DNA of 64,000 bases from an uncultured delta proteobacterium (GTDB lineage: Bacteria; Myxococcota_A; Polyangia; Polyangiales; Polyangiaceae), in the NCBI GenBank assembly GCA_963806225.1, contig CAWDXG010000004.1, positions 5,376,001 through 5,440,000 on the forward strand, written 5' to 3'. The notes under the pieces were generated by a model, which worked only from the letters and a program-made list of their open reading frames with translations, ran no database searches and was not told where the DNA came from. A program made the translations under genes and the position numbers. Shown piece by piece: positions 8,853-18,253 of the stretch (positions are counted from its first letter, which is position 1; each line of letters starts with the position of its first letter).

Positions 8853-10532
8853 ATGGTTCAAGTGGCGAACACAAAGCGTCTGGACGAGCGGTCTCGATGG
8901 GGCAGCGCGACAGGGACTCCGGTCCGCTGGGCTGCCGCCTTCGCGCTGGCCATGGGATTGGCGCTGCCGGGCCTGCCGGCCTGCGGCGGGGCCCAGCAGC
9001 AGACGGCCGAGAGCCCCACGCAGAAGCAGAACGAGGAAAAGGCGCAGCGCCTGCTCGCGCGCGCCAAGCAGGCCCACGATGCGGACCGCTTCCGCCGCAT
9101 CATCAGCCGCTTTGGCGACACCAAAGCGGCCGGCGAAGCACGCGACGAGCTGGCGGCGATCCTGATCGAGCAGTCCAAGCAGGCGATCAAGCAGGATGAC
9201 TGGGCCACCGCAGAGGACCGGACCGACGAGGCGCGCATGTACGCCGGGCTCGATCTCACACAGAAGGCGATCGAGCTGCAGAACCAGATCGACGATCACC
9301 ACGCGGCGTTCGTAGCCGGCCAGGCCGCCAAGGATGCCGCGCAGGGCAAGTGCGCCAGCGCGCTCAAGCGCGTGGCTGTCCCGCTCAGGAAGAAGCCCCG
9401 CGCCCGCTTCAAGAAGGAGCTGCAGAAGCAGGCGAAGAAGCCTCTCGTCGACTGCTTGTCGAAGAAGCTGGCGGTGGAGGTGGAGGCCGGGAATCTCGAG
9501 CCTGCCCGCATGATGCTGGAGACTCCCGACGCGACCACGGCGCTGTCCGAGTCCGGCTACAAGGAGGCGCATGCCGTTCTGCAGAAGCTCGTCGTCAAGC
9601 GCAGCACGTCGGGCGTCCAGCCTCTGCTTGCCGAGCACAAGTGGAAGGAAGCCATCGCCAAGCTGCAGCAGATGAAGACGGCCAACTCCCTGAACGACAA
9701 GGAGTACGAGGTTGCCTTCGGTATCGTGCAGGACGCCATCCACGCGCACTTGCTGGACCTCGCAAAGAAAGCGCTCGCCGACAAGAAGCCGAGCCAGGTC
9801 GCGGACGAGATCGCCGCGCAGATCGCAATCGCCAAGTGGAAGCAGATCCCGGACGACCTGACGGCGGCGCTCGCGCCGCTCGCCGTGGCTGTCCAGTGCG
9901 AGAAGCTGCATTGCCGCATGCAGCAGCCGGCGCCGGCCTGGGCGTGGGGCGCCATCGTGGTCCACTCGCCGGCGAAACCCGACGGGGCAACCCGGGCGAA
10001 GATCAAGCACGCGCAGAAGATCTGGGTACTGGCCAAGGCGAGGAAGCACGCGCTGGTCGCGCTGAAGGACCCGGGCAAGGTCGCCGAGACCCAGCTCTTC
10101 GCCGTGGCCACGGGTTGGGTGGACCCATCGCACCTCAAGAATGTCGATACCGACATGTGGCTGCCGCCCGACAATCAGCTAGCGGGCGTGCGCGTCTGGG
10201 GGCCGCTGCGTCCGCCGAGCAAGGACTACCACCTCGGCGTCGTCAAGAAGGTCGACGGCAAGAAGGCCGTGGTCACGCGCATCGCCGACAGTCTGGACGC
10301 GACAGTGCCGCTCCGATCGCTCCGCATCGGCAAGCTCTCGAAGGGCCTGAAGGTCATGGCATTCTGCCAGGACGAGCTGCATCCCGAGACAGCGAAGGTC
10401 GAAGGCGTGGTGACCGAGTCCGGAGGCGTGCCGAAGGTCAAGGTCAAGTGCGACAAGGGCGACCTCACGCGGGTGGAGGTCGGTGGCGCGCTCACGTCGA
10501 AAGCCGCGTGGCTGCCGCCGCGCAAGCCGTAG
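8853..10532 (+). CDS. Lys-rich hypothetical lipoprotein (helical N-terminal half, possible SH3/Tudor-like C-terminal barrels)
   Basis: Lipobox LPAC; long ORF with strong codon bias. Confidence 0.75.
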   Translation: MVQVANTKRLDERSRWGSATGTPVRWAAAFALAMGLALPGLPACGGAQQQTAESPTQKQNEEKAQRLLARAKQAHDADRFRRIISRFGDTKAAGEARDELAAILIEQSKQAIKQDDWATAEDRTDEARMYAGLDLTQKAIELQNQIDDHHAAFVAGQAAKDAAQGKCASALKRVAVPLRKKPRARFKKELQKQAKKPLVDCLSKKLAVEVEAGNLEPARMMLETPDATTALSESGYKEAHAVLQKLVVKRSTSGVQPLLAEHKWKEAIAKLQQMKTANSLNDKEYEVAFGIVQDAIHAHLLDLAKKALADKKPSQVADEIAAQIAIAKWKQIPDDLTAALAPLAVAVQCEKLHCRMQQPAPAWAWGAIVVHSPAKPDGATRAKIKHAQKIWVLAKARKHALVALKDPGKVAETQLFAVATGWVDPSHLKNVDTDMWLPPDNQLAGVRVWGPLRPPSKDYHLGVVKKVDGKKAVVTRIADSLDATVPLRSLRIGKLSKGLKVMAFCQDELHPETAKVEGVVTESGGVPKVKVKCDKGDLTRVEVGGALTSKAAWLPPRKP

Positions 10533-10559
10533 CGGAGCTTCGTCCCGCCCGCCCGTGCG

Positions 10560-11051
10560 ATGAAGACGCTGCTCCTGCTCAGGCACGCCAAGTCGAGCTG
10601 GGACGAGCCCGGGCTCGACGATCACGACCGCCCGCTGAACAAGCGCGGCCGGAAGGCGGCTCCGCGCATGGGGCAGCTGCTCCGTGACGAGGGGCTCGTG
10701 CCGGACGCGGTGCTCTCGTCGAGTGCGCTCCGGGCCCGCGACACTGCCGGTGCTGTCTGCGAGGCGATCGGCAACGAGGGCGGAGTAGACGAGCGCCACG
10801 ACCTGTATCTGGCGGCGCCGGGCACGTACCTGCGCGCTGTCAGGGAGCTGCCCGACGAGGCAGAGCGTGCGCTGGTGGTGGGGCACAATCCCGGCCTGGA
10901 AGATCTGCTTGAAGCGTTGTGCGGGCGCTCGCATCGCATGCCGACCGCCGCGCTGGCCGTGCTCGAGCTTCCGGTGAAGCACTGGAGCGAGCTCGAGCTC
11001 GACGGTCATGCGCGCTGCCTGCGCGTGTGGCGTCCGAAAGATCTCGACTAG
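10560..11051 (+). CDS. sixA: Histidine phosphatase, SixA-like
   Basis: LLLRHAKSSW...DHDRPL..RG, SSALRA..T, VGHNP, MPTA. Confidence 0.9.
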   Translation: MKTLLLLRHAKSSWDEPGLDDHDRPLNKRGRKAAPRMGQLLRDEGLVPDAVLSSSALRARDTAGAVCEAIGNEGGVDERHDLYLAAPGTYLRAVRELPDEAERALVVGHNPGLEDLLEALCGRSHRMPTAALAVLELPVKHWSELELDGHARCLRVWRPKDLD

Positions 11052-11108
11052 GCACGTCGCCAACGTCATCAGTCCGCAACCGGCGGCGCCGGCGACCGAG
11101 CAGGGGGC

Positions 11109-12341
11109 ATGAAGCAGGCCCGACGCCGGTTCATCACGGCGCTCATCGCATGCGTTCCGGCTGTTGGTTGCGGCGGCGCGCCGGGTGCACACGCGGCTCG
11201 GCAACGCGGCGTCGGAGGTGCAGGCGCCGGACCGCCGCCGGACGCCGCTGCGCCTTTGCGCCCGCCGCACGTGCTACACGTGCCGCCGGCTGCCGGCGCG
11301 TTGAAACGTCCGGCTCGCGTGGTGACGGGAAAGCCCAGGCTGGGCGCGCGGGTCGCCTTCGCATTGCATGTCTCTGGCGATCTGGTCGCTTTCGATCCGC
11401 GCACGGGCCGCGAGCTCTCACGCTTCGTATTCGGGCGGGAGCTGGAGGACGTGTGCTGGGACGCCCGCACCGGCCGCGTCCTGATCGTCGAGCACGACGC
11501 CTATGACGACGGCAGCCGCGTCCATGCCGTGCGATGGACCGGCAGCGCGTTCGTGCTCGAGTCGAGCTCACCGGTGCTGCCGGGCCATTCGCGGGTCTTC
11601 GCTGCGTCCGATCGTGTGTACGCCGTGTCCGAGGACCAGGGCGTCGTCTGGAACGTGCTCGACGATGACCTGACGCCGGTCGGACAGTTCGAACCCCTCG
11701 TCAGGCCGGTCTCGCTGGTGGAGCGGGTCGGAAGCGCGCACAGCCGACTGCTAGCGCTGGACAGCTCGGCGCGCCTGGCGGGACAGCCCGCCGACCAGCT
11801 CCTGGGCGTCTCGCATCCCGCCGGCGACTGGCAGGTGACAGAGCAGAGCTACCTCGCTCCGGGTCGGCCTTCGGCGCGCATGGTCGCGGGGCAGCCTGGT
11901 TCGACCTACGTCCTTCACAAGGACCCGGGCGAGGGAACGATCGAGCTTGCCCGGATCTCCACGTCGGCGCCCGCCGTCCCGCCGGCCTTCCACGTGGTGG
12001 TGACGGGCGCGGGGCGCGGCGCGCTCGAGGGAGCGGCGTACGATCCCGAGCGGCGCATCGTTGCAGTCGCGATCGCCCGCGTGCCGATCGCGCGGCTGGC
12101 ACTGGTTCCAACCGAGACAGGGCGCCCGACCGCGCTCGTGTCGCTCGACGCCGCGATCCGGAGCACGCGCTGGTGGTCGCGGGATCTGGTGCGCGATCCG
12201 GAGAGCGGACGCCTGCTCGTCGCCACGGAGCAGGGCATCGTAGCGCTTTCGCCGGGCGGGACCGGCGACGCCCCGTCACTCGTGACGGACGCCGGCTTCA
12301 CCGCGCCGGATCTGCGCGGCCCCATCGCGCTCGTGCCGTAG
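11109..12341 (+). CDS. Hypothetical exported beta-propeller-like lipoprotein
   Basis: Signal/lipobox (PAVGC); beta-rich repeats with DP.xGR motifs. Confidence 0.6.
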   Translation: MKQARRRFITALIACVPAVGCGGAPGAHAARQRGVGGAGAGPPPDAAAPLRPPHVLHVPPAAGALKRPARVVTGKPRLGARVAFALHVSGDLVAFDPRTGRELSRFVFGRELEDVCWDARTGRVLIVEHDAYDDGSRVHAVRWTGSAFVLESSSPVLPGHSRVFAASDRVYAVSEDQGVVWNVLDDDLTPVGQFEPLVRPVSLVERVGSAHSRLLALDSSARLAGQPADQLLGVSHPAGDWQVTEQSYLAPGRPSARMVAGQPGSTYVLHKDPGEGTIELARISTSAPAVPPAFHVVVTGAGRGALEGAAYDPERRIVAVAIARVPIARLALVPTETGRPTALVSLDAAIRSTRWWSRDLVRDPESGRLLVATEQGIVALSPGGTGDAPSLVTDAGFTAPDLRGPIALVP

Positions 12342-12342
12342 C

Positions 12343-14307
12343 TCAGGGGCAGGCGAAAACCGGCGCGACCGGTGCGAACTTCTCGGTGCGCTTCGGCGAG
12401 CACTCGTTCACGGGCAGGCACTGGTACTGGTTGCCGCCCGACTTGTAGCGCCGGTAGCACTTCTCGCCGGCTGCACACGTGGCGCTGCAGTTCGTCGCCG
12501 CCACCTGTGGGTATGCCGTGTTGGGATAGCAGCCTTCGCTGGACGAGCAGCTGTTGTTGCAGTCCGAGGCGGGCAGCTCCTTGATGTTGTCGAGATCCGT
12601 CAGCGCGGTCTCGAGCTTGCTCTTGATCTGGGCAAAGGTCTCGTCGAGCTTGTCGGAGGTGGTCGCCTCGGCGACGCAGATGAACTTCTGCCGTCCGCAC
12701 ATGTCGATCTTCTCGCAGCCGGGCGTCGTCGGGCCGGCCGCCTGGAGCTGGTCGTCGCCGTACAGCACCTTGCCGCCCACCATGACGAGCCGGACGCTGT
12801 GCGGAGTGGCGCCCAGGATATCCGCGTACGGCTTGGTGCCGTCGCCGCCGACCACGAACAGGTCGGCCTTGTAGCCCGTCTTGATCGAGCCCAGCGTGTT
12901 CGAGAGCCCCAGCACGTCCGCACCGTTGGCGGTGGCCATCACGACCAGGTCCTTCGGCGACAGCCGGTTGTTCCAGTGGGTGTTGTCCCAGTTGTCGGCG
13001 AAGCGCAGCTCGTCGAGCATGTCCTGGCTGCCACCCATCGACCAGTCCGGTCCGAGCGAGATCTCGACGCCGGCGTCCAGCGCGGCGGGGATGTCCGTCG
13101 TCTTGCCGTACAGCGCGACGTTGGAGGCAGGCGACCAGGTCAGCTTCATCCCGTGCTGGGCCATCGTCGCGAATTCGGTCGGGCCGAAGGCGGTGCCGTG
13201 GGTGATGGCCGTCTGGGGCGCGTACAGGCAGCCGTCAGGCGTCGTGACCGTATTCAGCTTGTCGAACTCGGCGAGCGCGGCCGCGTCGACGCCCTCGCCG
13301 CAGTGGATCAGGTAGGCGTCCGTCTTGCCGCTCGTGAAGTTGTTGCATACGCCGTTGGCGCTGCTGGACGACGGCGGGAACAGCGCGCTCGTCTGGATCT
13401 TGTCGGCTCCCAGGCCGTTCTGCGTCACGTCGATGGAGCGCGCGAGCGAGCTGAAGCAATTCGACGAAGTGCCCGGCAGGCCCACGATCGACGTGGTGCC
13501 GGCAACCAGACCCTTCAGTTCGCCCCACTTGTCGAGCTCGCACTTGAGGTCGCCCGCCTCATCGTACTTCTGCGGGCACCACCAGGGCTTGCCCTGCGAA
13601 GCGTCTTCCAGACACTGCTTGTAGTCGAGCATCTGGTTGTACTCCGCCTCGTTGGGCCACTGGTTGTGGTCTGTGTAGCGGCAGACGTTGTCGACGCAGT
13701 CACACTTGCTGCCCGAGCAGTAGCTCGAACCGCTGTTGCAGTCCGCGACGCTGTTGCAGCTCGCCGGCAGGTGGGGCACCCAGTCGTCGTTGTTGAAGAT
13801 GTCGAACAGGATGTGGTTGTGCGTGTCGATCAGGCCCGGCGCGATCACGCCGTTGGTCGTGATCACGGTCGCGCCGCTCGCGCCGGACTGCCCCTCGCAG
13901 CTCGTGCCCTGCGCGGCGCACGTGATCGTGTCGCCTTCGACGAGCACCTCGCCGACGTAGCTGGTATCCGGCGTCACGACCGTGCCCTTCAACAGGAAGC
14001 GGTCGGCTGCGCCCGTCTGGAGGGTCGCGTCGGGGCTCGTGCTTCCGCCGGTGCCCGCGCTTCCGCCGGTGCCTGCGCTTCCGCCGGTGCCTGCGCTTCC
14101 GCCGGTGCCCGCGCTGCCGCCGGTGCCCGCGCTGCCGCCGGTGCCCGCGCTGCCGCCAGCCGTGCCCGCGCTGCCGCCGGTGCCGGCTCCCCCGTCCTGT
14201 TGCCCGCCGGTGCCGCCGGACGAGCGGCCACCGTTGTCGCCGCCGCCGCACGCCGTTGCAGCGACCACAAGTGAAAGAGTCACGATCAGTAGTGAGCGCC
14301 CACGCAT
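12343..14307 (-). CDS. Lipoprotein amidohydrolase-superfamily enzyme with Cys-rich insertions
   Basis: Lipobox ATAC; PGLIDTHNH, IHCGEG, ITHG, LGPDW, GSIKTGYKADL, LVMVGGKVLY motifs. Confidence 0.85.
   Translation of the reverse strand: MRGRSLLIVTLSLVVAATACGGGDNGGRSSGGTGGQQDGGAGTGGSAGTAGGSAGTGGSAGTGGSAGTGGSAGTGGSAGTGGSAGTGGSTSPDATLQTGAADRFLLKGTVVTPDTSYVGEVLVEGDTITCAAQGTSCEGQSGASGATVITTNGVIAPGLIDTHNHILFDIFNNDDWVPHLPASCNSVADCNSGSSYCSGSKCDCVDNVCRYTDHNQWPNEAEYNQMLDYKQCLEDASQGKPWWCPQKYDEAGDLKCELDKWGELKGLVAGTTSIVGLPGTSSNCFSSLARSIDVTQNGLGADKIQTSALFPPSSSSANGVCNNFTSGKTDAYLIHCGEGVDAAALAEFDKLNTVTTPDGCLYAPQTAITHGTAFGPTEFATMAQHGMKLTWSPASNVALYGKTTDIPAALDAGVEISLGPDWSMGGSQDMLDELRFADNWDNTHWNNRLSPKDLVVMATANGADVLGLSNTLGSIKTGYKADLFVVGGDGTKPYADILGATPHSVRLVMVGGKVLYGDDQLQAAGPTTPGCEKIDMCGRQKFICVAEATTSDKLDETFAQIKSKLETALTDLDNIKELPASDCNNSCSSSEGCYPNTAYPQVAATNCSATCAAGEKCYRRYKSGGNQYQCLPVNECSPKRTEKFAPVAPVFACP
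14041..14185 (-). repeat. 18-bp coding tandem repeat (AGTGGS linker)
   Basis: About 7 imperfect copies of gc(t/g)ccgccggtgcc(c/t)gc. Confidence 0.85.
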
Positions 14308-14428
14308 CTTTTGATTCTACCCGATCTATCGAGGCTTCCGGGTCCACCCATTCCGGCCAGCTGGCCAATACCTGACGGGGGCGTGTCCGGCTGGCGTTGG
14401 CGGGTGCACGGCGGTATTGGGTCGGGGC

Positions 14429-15100
14429 ATGTCGTCCCGGCCCCGCTTGCCCGCGAAGAAGGACGTGGCTCTTGCGCTTCTCGAGAGCTCGACCGTCCTC
14501 ATCCATCTCGACCCGAGGATCGAGGAGGTGCGCGTGCCGCCATGGTTCAAGAAGCAGCCCCAGCTCGTGCTGGAAGTCGGCCTGAACATGCCGGTTCCCA
14601 TTCCCGATCTGAGTGTCGATGACGACGCGGTGTCGTGCACGTTGAGCTTCAGCCGGTCGCCGTTCTTCTGCTGGATCCCCTGGAGCGCGGTCTACGCGCT
14701 GGTCGGCTCCGACGGGCGCAGCATGGTCTGGCCCGATGACGTTCCGCCCGAGGTGGTGGCGCAGGCCGAGCAGGCGCAGGAGAAGGACAAGCAGAAGAAG
14801 GCCCGCCGGGCGCACCTCCGGCCGGTCCCCGACGACGGCGAAGAGGCGCTTGACGCCGAGGAAGCCGGGGAACCTCTGGAACCCGAGGAAGCTGGGGAAG
14901 CCGAGCAGCCCGCTGTCGCGGACTCCGGGGAGGCGAGCGACGACACGGAGACTGGAGACGTAGCCGTGGCCGAGGCGCCCACGCGGGGCGCGCCCACCCA
15001 GCCCGAAGCCTCGCCGGATCCTATCGAGCCGGATGAGGGCAAGCCCGAGGGGGGCAACGGCAAGCGGAAGCTGCCGCCCTACCTGCGCGTCGTGAAGTAG
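14429..15100 (+). CDS. sspB: ClpXP specificity factor SspB-like protein
   Basis: VRVPPWF...LVLEVG..M..PIPDL.VDDDAVSCTLSF...CWIPWSAVYAL; acidic tail ending YLRVVK (ClpX-binding-like). Confidence 0.8.
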   Translation: MSSRPRLPAKKDVALALLESSTVLIHLDPRIEEVRVPPWFKKQPQLVLEVGLNMPVPIPDLSVDDDAVSCTLSFSRSPFFCWIPWSAVYALVGSDGRSMVWPDDVPPEVVAQAEQAQEKDKQKKARRAHLRPVPDDGEEALDAEEAGEPLEPEEAGEAEQPAVADSGEASDDTETGDVAVAEAPTRGAPTQPEASPDPIEPDEGKPEGGNGKRKLPPYLRVVK

Positions 15101-15119
15101 GACCCGGCGCTATCCAGCG

Positions 15120-15788
15120 TCAGTCGGCGCTCGCGTCCTGGGGGCCGGCGTCGCTTTGCCCGCCGGTTCCGGCGGTTCCAGCATCAGCGCCGCCGGTTCC
15201 CGCAGCGCCCGCAGCGCCGCCGGTTCCCGCAGCGCCGCCGGTTCCCGCAGCGCCGCCGGTTCCCGCAGCGCCGCCGGTTCCCGCAGCGCCGCCGGTTCCC
15301 GCAGCGCCGCCGGTTCCCGCAGCGCCGGCTGCGGCACCACCTCCGCCGGTCCCACCCGTGCCAGCGGTTCCGGCCGTGCCCGCGACGCCGCCGGCTCCCG
15401 CGGCACCGGCCGCGCCTGCGCTGCCGCCGGCGCCTGCCGCGCCGCCCGCGCCGTTGCTCGGGACGCACATCCACGTGCCGTTGGCGACCAGGCACTGGTA
15501 GCCAGCGACGCAACCGTGGAACGTGCAATCCCCGGTGTGGCAGAGGTTGTCGACGCTGCAGGTCTCGTTGGCCAGGCAATCGCCCGGCTTGCTGCATTGC
15601 GCACCGCTTGCGCCCCCCGAGCCGTTGGACGACGAGCGCACGCACAGGCCGCTCGGGTAGTCACAGACGTAGCCGGAGCCGCAGTCGGAGTCGCTGACGC
15701 ACGCGGTGCCCTGATCCGGATAGATCGGGCAGCCCCCGAGCGCGAAGGCGGCCACCAGAGTCGCACCCAACAGCAATGCTCGCTTCAT
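15120..15788 (-). CDS. Small Cys-rich lipoprotein with Gly/Ala/Thr tail
   Basis: Lipobox ALGGC; CxSDxDC..G.VC-type repeats. Confidence 0.75.
   Translation of the reverse strand: MKRALLLGATLVAAFALGGCPIYPDQGTACVSDSDCGSGYVCDYPSGLCVRSSSNGSGGASGAQCSKPGDCLANETCSVDNLCHTGDCTFHGCVAGYQCLVANGTWMCVPSNGAGGAAGAGGSAGAAGAAGAGGVAGTAGTAGTGGTGGGGAAAGAAGTGGAAGTGGAAGTGGAAGTGGAAGTGGAAGTGGAAGAAGTGGADAGTAGTGGQSDAGPQDASAD
15211..15326 (-). repeat. Perfect 18-bp coding tandem repeat (AAGTGG)
   Basis: Six copies of gcagcgccgccggttccc. Confidence 0.9.
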
Positions 15789-16060
15789 CGCTCCGCCTCC
15801 GTCATCCGGTTCGGACCCGCCGGCGGGCCCGTTCCTGCTTCAGCGTAGCAAGCGACGTGCCCCGGACAAGCGGGGGCGGATTGCCTTTTTCCGGCCGCCC
15901 CGGCCCGCCACGAGTGAAGCAGGGTTCACGCCAGCGTGTGGAAGTCGGGGAGCCGACTGGAGCGCGGGCCGGTCCGGTCGGCCGCCAACCCCGCGAAAGG
16001 GCTAACTGGATTCGGCCAACATGCTAGATTTCCGGCGCCTTTTTCGACGAGTAACGCTGG

Positions 16061-18253
16061 ATGGATGTTCGCTGCGGCCGCTGTGGGACCGAGTACGAGT
16101 TCGATGACGCTCTCGTCTCGGAGCGGGGGACCACGGTCAAGTGCACGAATTGTGGTCACCAGTTCAAGGTCCATCCTCCGCATTCCGCGCGGGCGGGACC
16201 AGAACGCTGGGTGGTGCGGACTGCCTCGGGGCGGGAGCTTGTCTACACTTCGTTGCGCGACCTGCAGAAGGGCATCGCGCAGCGGCAGGTGGGGCCCGGC
16301 GATCTTCTGGCACGAGGCAACCAGCCGGCGCGGCCGCTCGGTTCCATCGCCGAGCTGGAGCCATTCTTCCAGCCCGGAGGCAGAGCTCGCGCGGGTAACG
16401 TGCCGCGCACGCTCTCCGGTGTTGCGCCGCCCGCCAACGTCGCCACCCACCCGCCCGATGTGCGCGTCCGCGAGGCGACGCCCCCGGATCTCGCTTCGAC
16501 GCAACCTTCGGCGATGAACCAGGCGCCGGCGCGCGCGGCGGCGCCGCGCGCGGACGCGTTCGCCGGCACCATGCCCATCGACTTCAACCAGGCAGGGGTC
16601 GGGCATCCCGAGGGCACCCTGGAAGAAGCCGAGCCGCCGACGCTACCGCGCAACCAGCGCCCCATGCCGCCGGTCGAGCCGCGTGCCCAGCAGCGCTCCC
16701 AGCCGGTGGACATCCGGCAGCGCCCCGACCCCGTGCTCACGCCGACGCCGAGCGCGGTCCGCGAGAGCTTCCATTCAGAATCCGAGATCCACACCGATCC
16801 CAGATTCCTTGCCGGTCCGCCGTCGCGTCGAGCGCGCTCGCGCTGGATCGCGGCGTTGGTGATTGTCGGCGTCGTTGCGCTGTTCGGCGCTACCATCGGT
16901 CGGCAGTACATCTCGCGCTTTGCGCACCCGGCGCACAAGGCGGCAAAGCCCGCCGCGGACAGCCGCGTTGCCGGCATGCTCCAGAAGGGGAACCAGCTCC
17001 TGTCGGACGGGGACTTCGAGGGAGCGAAGGAGCAGTTCGACAAGGCCAGCGCGCTCGCCGAAAATGACCCGGCCGTGCTGGCGGCGCTGGCGCATCTCGA
17101 GACGCTGAGGGCCGACCTGGTGTGGCTCCAGCTCCGGTTGCTCGACCCCACCGACAAGGAGCTGGTGAAGTTGACCCATCGGCAGCTCGGCGCGCGTGTG
17201 GGACGGGCCGAGCGCGCCGTGGAAGCCGCACGGAAGGTAGCGCCGAACAAGCGGGGCGTGCTGCGTGCGCGCATCGACGTGTTGCGCATGAGCGGCGACA
17301 TGAACAAGGCGCGCTCGCTCGTCGGGCCTGTTGCCAAGGACGCCAGCCAGCCCGAAAATGCCTACGTGCTGGCCGCGCTCGACCTCGCCGAGCCGTCGCC
17401 GGGTTGGTCGACCGTTGTGGATCGGCTGCGCACGGCCACCTCGGGTGACCAGGATCTGCTGCGCGCACGTCCTGCCCTCATCTACGCGCTGGCGCGCTCC
17501 GGGCAGATTTCCCAGGCGGAAGCGGAGCTCCACAAGCTCGAGTCGAGCGACAAGCGGCATCCGCTCCTCACCGAGCTGAAAGGCTTTGTCTCCCGGTTCG
17601 AATCGGCGAGCGCCGATGCGGGGACCGACGCCGGTGCGGAAGTCGCGACGGTCGATCCTTCCCAGCTCCCGGAGCTCGACACTTCCAAAACGAACGTTCC
17701 TGAAGAAGCGCCCGCCGGTGACTTCCGCTCGCAGCTCGAGCAGGCTAGCGCCGCGGCCTCGCGCGGGGACCTGGAGCGCGCCCAGCGGCTCTACAGCGCG
17801 GTGCTCGCCGCGCACCCCGGAAACACGGAAGCCCTGGCCGGGCTGGCCGACGTTGCACGGCGTCGCCACGACACCGCCACCGCGGCGAAGCTCTACAAGC
17901 AGGTGCTGAAGAGCAATCCGAGCTATCTGCCCGCGCTCATGGCTCGAGCCGACCAGAAGTGGGACGCAGGGGATCGCAAAGGCGCGATCGCGATGTATCG
18001 CCGCATCCTGGAGCAGGCCGGCCCGGGTTCGGGGTACGGCCAGCGTGCGGCGGCGCGTATCGCAGAGGGCGAGAAGGGCGGTTCGACCTCGAGCCCGCCG
18101 CCCACCAGCGAGCCCGGCTCGGCAGCTCCCGAGCAGCCGGCGCCCACCGCCACCGCAACGTCCACGGGCACGTCGGCGCCGCCCGCCGAGCAGAAGCCGA
18201 AGCAGGAAGAGCCCCACATCGACACCACCGACCTGCCCGGGTTCAATCAATGA
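16061..18253 (+). CDS. Zinc-ribbon (MJ0042-type) / TM / TPR protein
   Basis: N-terminal CGRC...VKCTNC..F zinc ribbon; Pro-rich linker; one TM helix; periplasmic TPR-like repeats. Confidence 0.85.
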   Translation: MDVRCGRCGTEYEFDDALVSERGTTVKCTNCGHQFKVHPPHSARAGPERWVVRTASGRELVYTSLRDLQKGIAQRQVGPGDLLARGNQPARPLGSIAELEPFFQPGGRARAGNVPRTLSGVAPPANVATHPPDVRVREATPPDLASTQPSAMNQAPARAAAPRADAFAGTMPIDFNQAGVGHPEGTLEEAEPPTLPRNQRPMPPVEPRAQQRSQPVDIRQRPDPVLTPTPSAVRESFHSESEIHTDPRFLAGPPSRRARSRWIAALVIVGVVALFGATIGRQYISRFAHPAHKAAKPAADSRVAGMLQKGNQLLSDGDFEGAKEQFDKASALAENDPAVLAALAHLETLRADLVWLQLRLLDPTDKELVKLTHRQLGARVGRAERAVEAARKVAPNKRGVLRARIDVLRMSGDMNKARSLVGPVAKDASQPENAYVLAALDLAEPSPGWSTVVDRLRTATSGDQDLLRARPALIYALARSGQISQAEAELHKLESSDKRHPLLTELKGFVSRFESASADAGTDAGAEVATVDPSQLPELDTSKTNVPEEAPAGDFRSQLEQASAAASRGDLERAQRLYSAVLAAHPGNTEALAGLADVARRRHDTATAAKLYKQVLKSNPSYLPALMARADQKWDAGDRKGAIAMYRRILEQAGPGSGYGQRAAARIAEGEKGGSTSSPPPTSEPGSAAPEQPAPTATATSTGTSAPPAEQKPKQEEPHIDTTDLPGFNQ

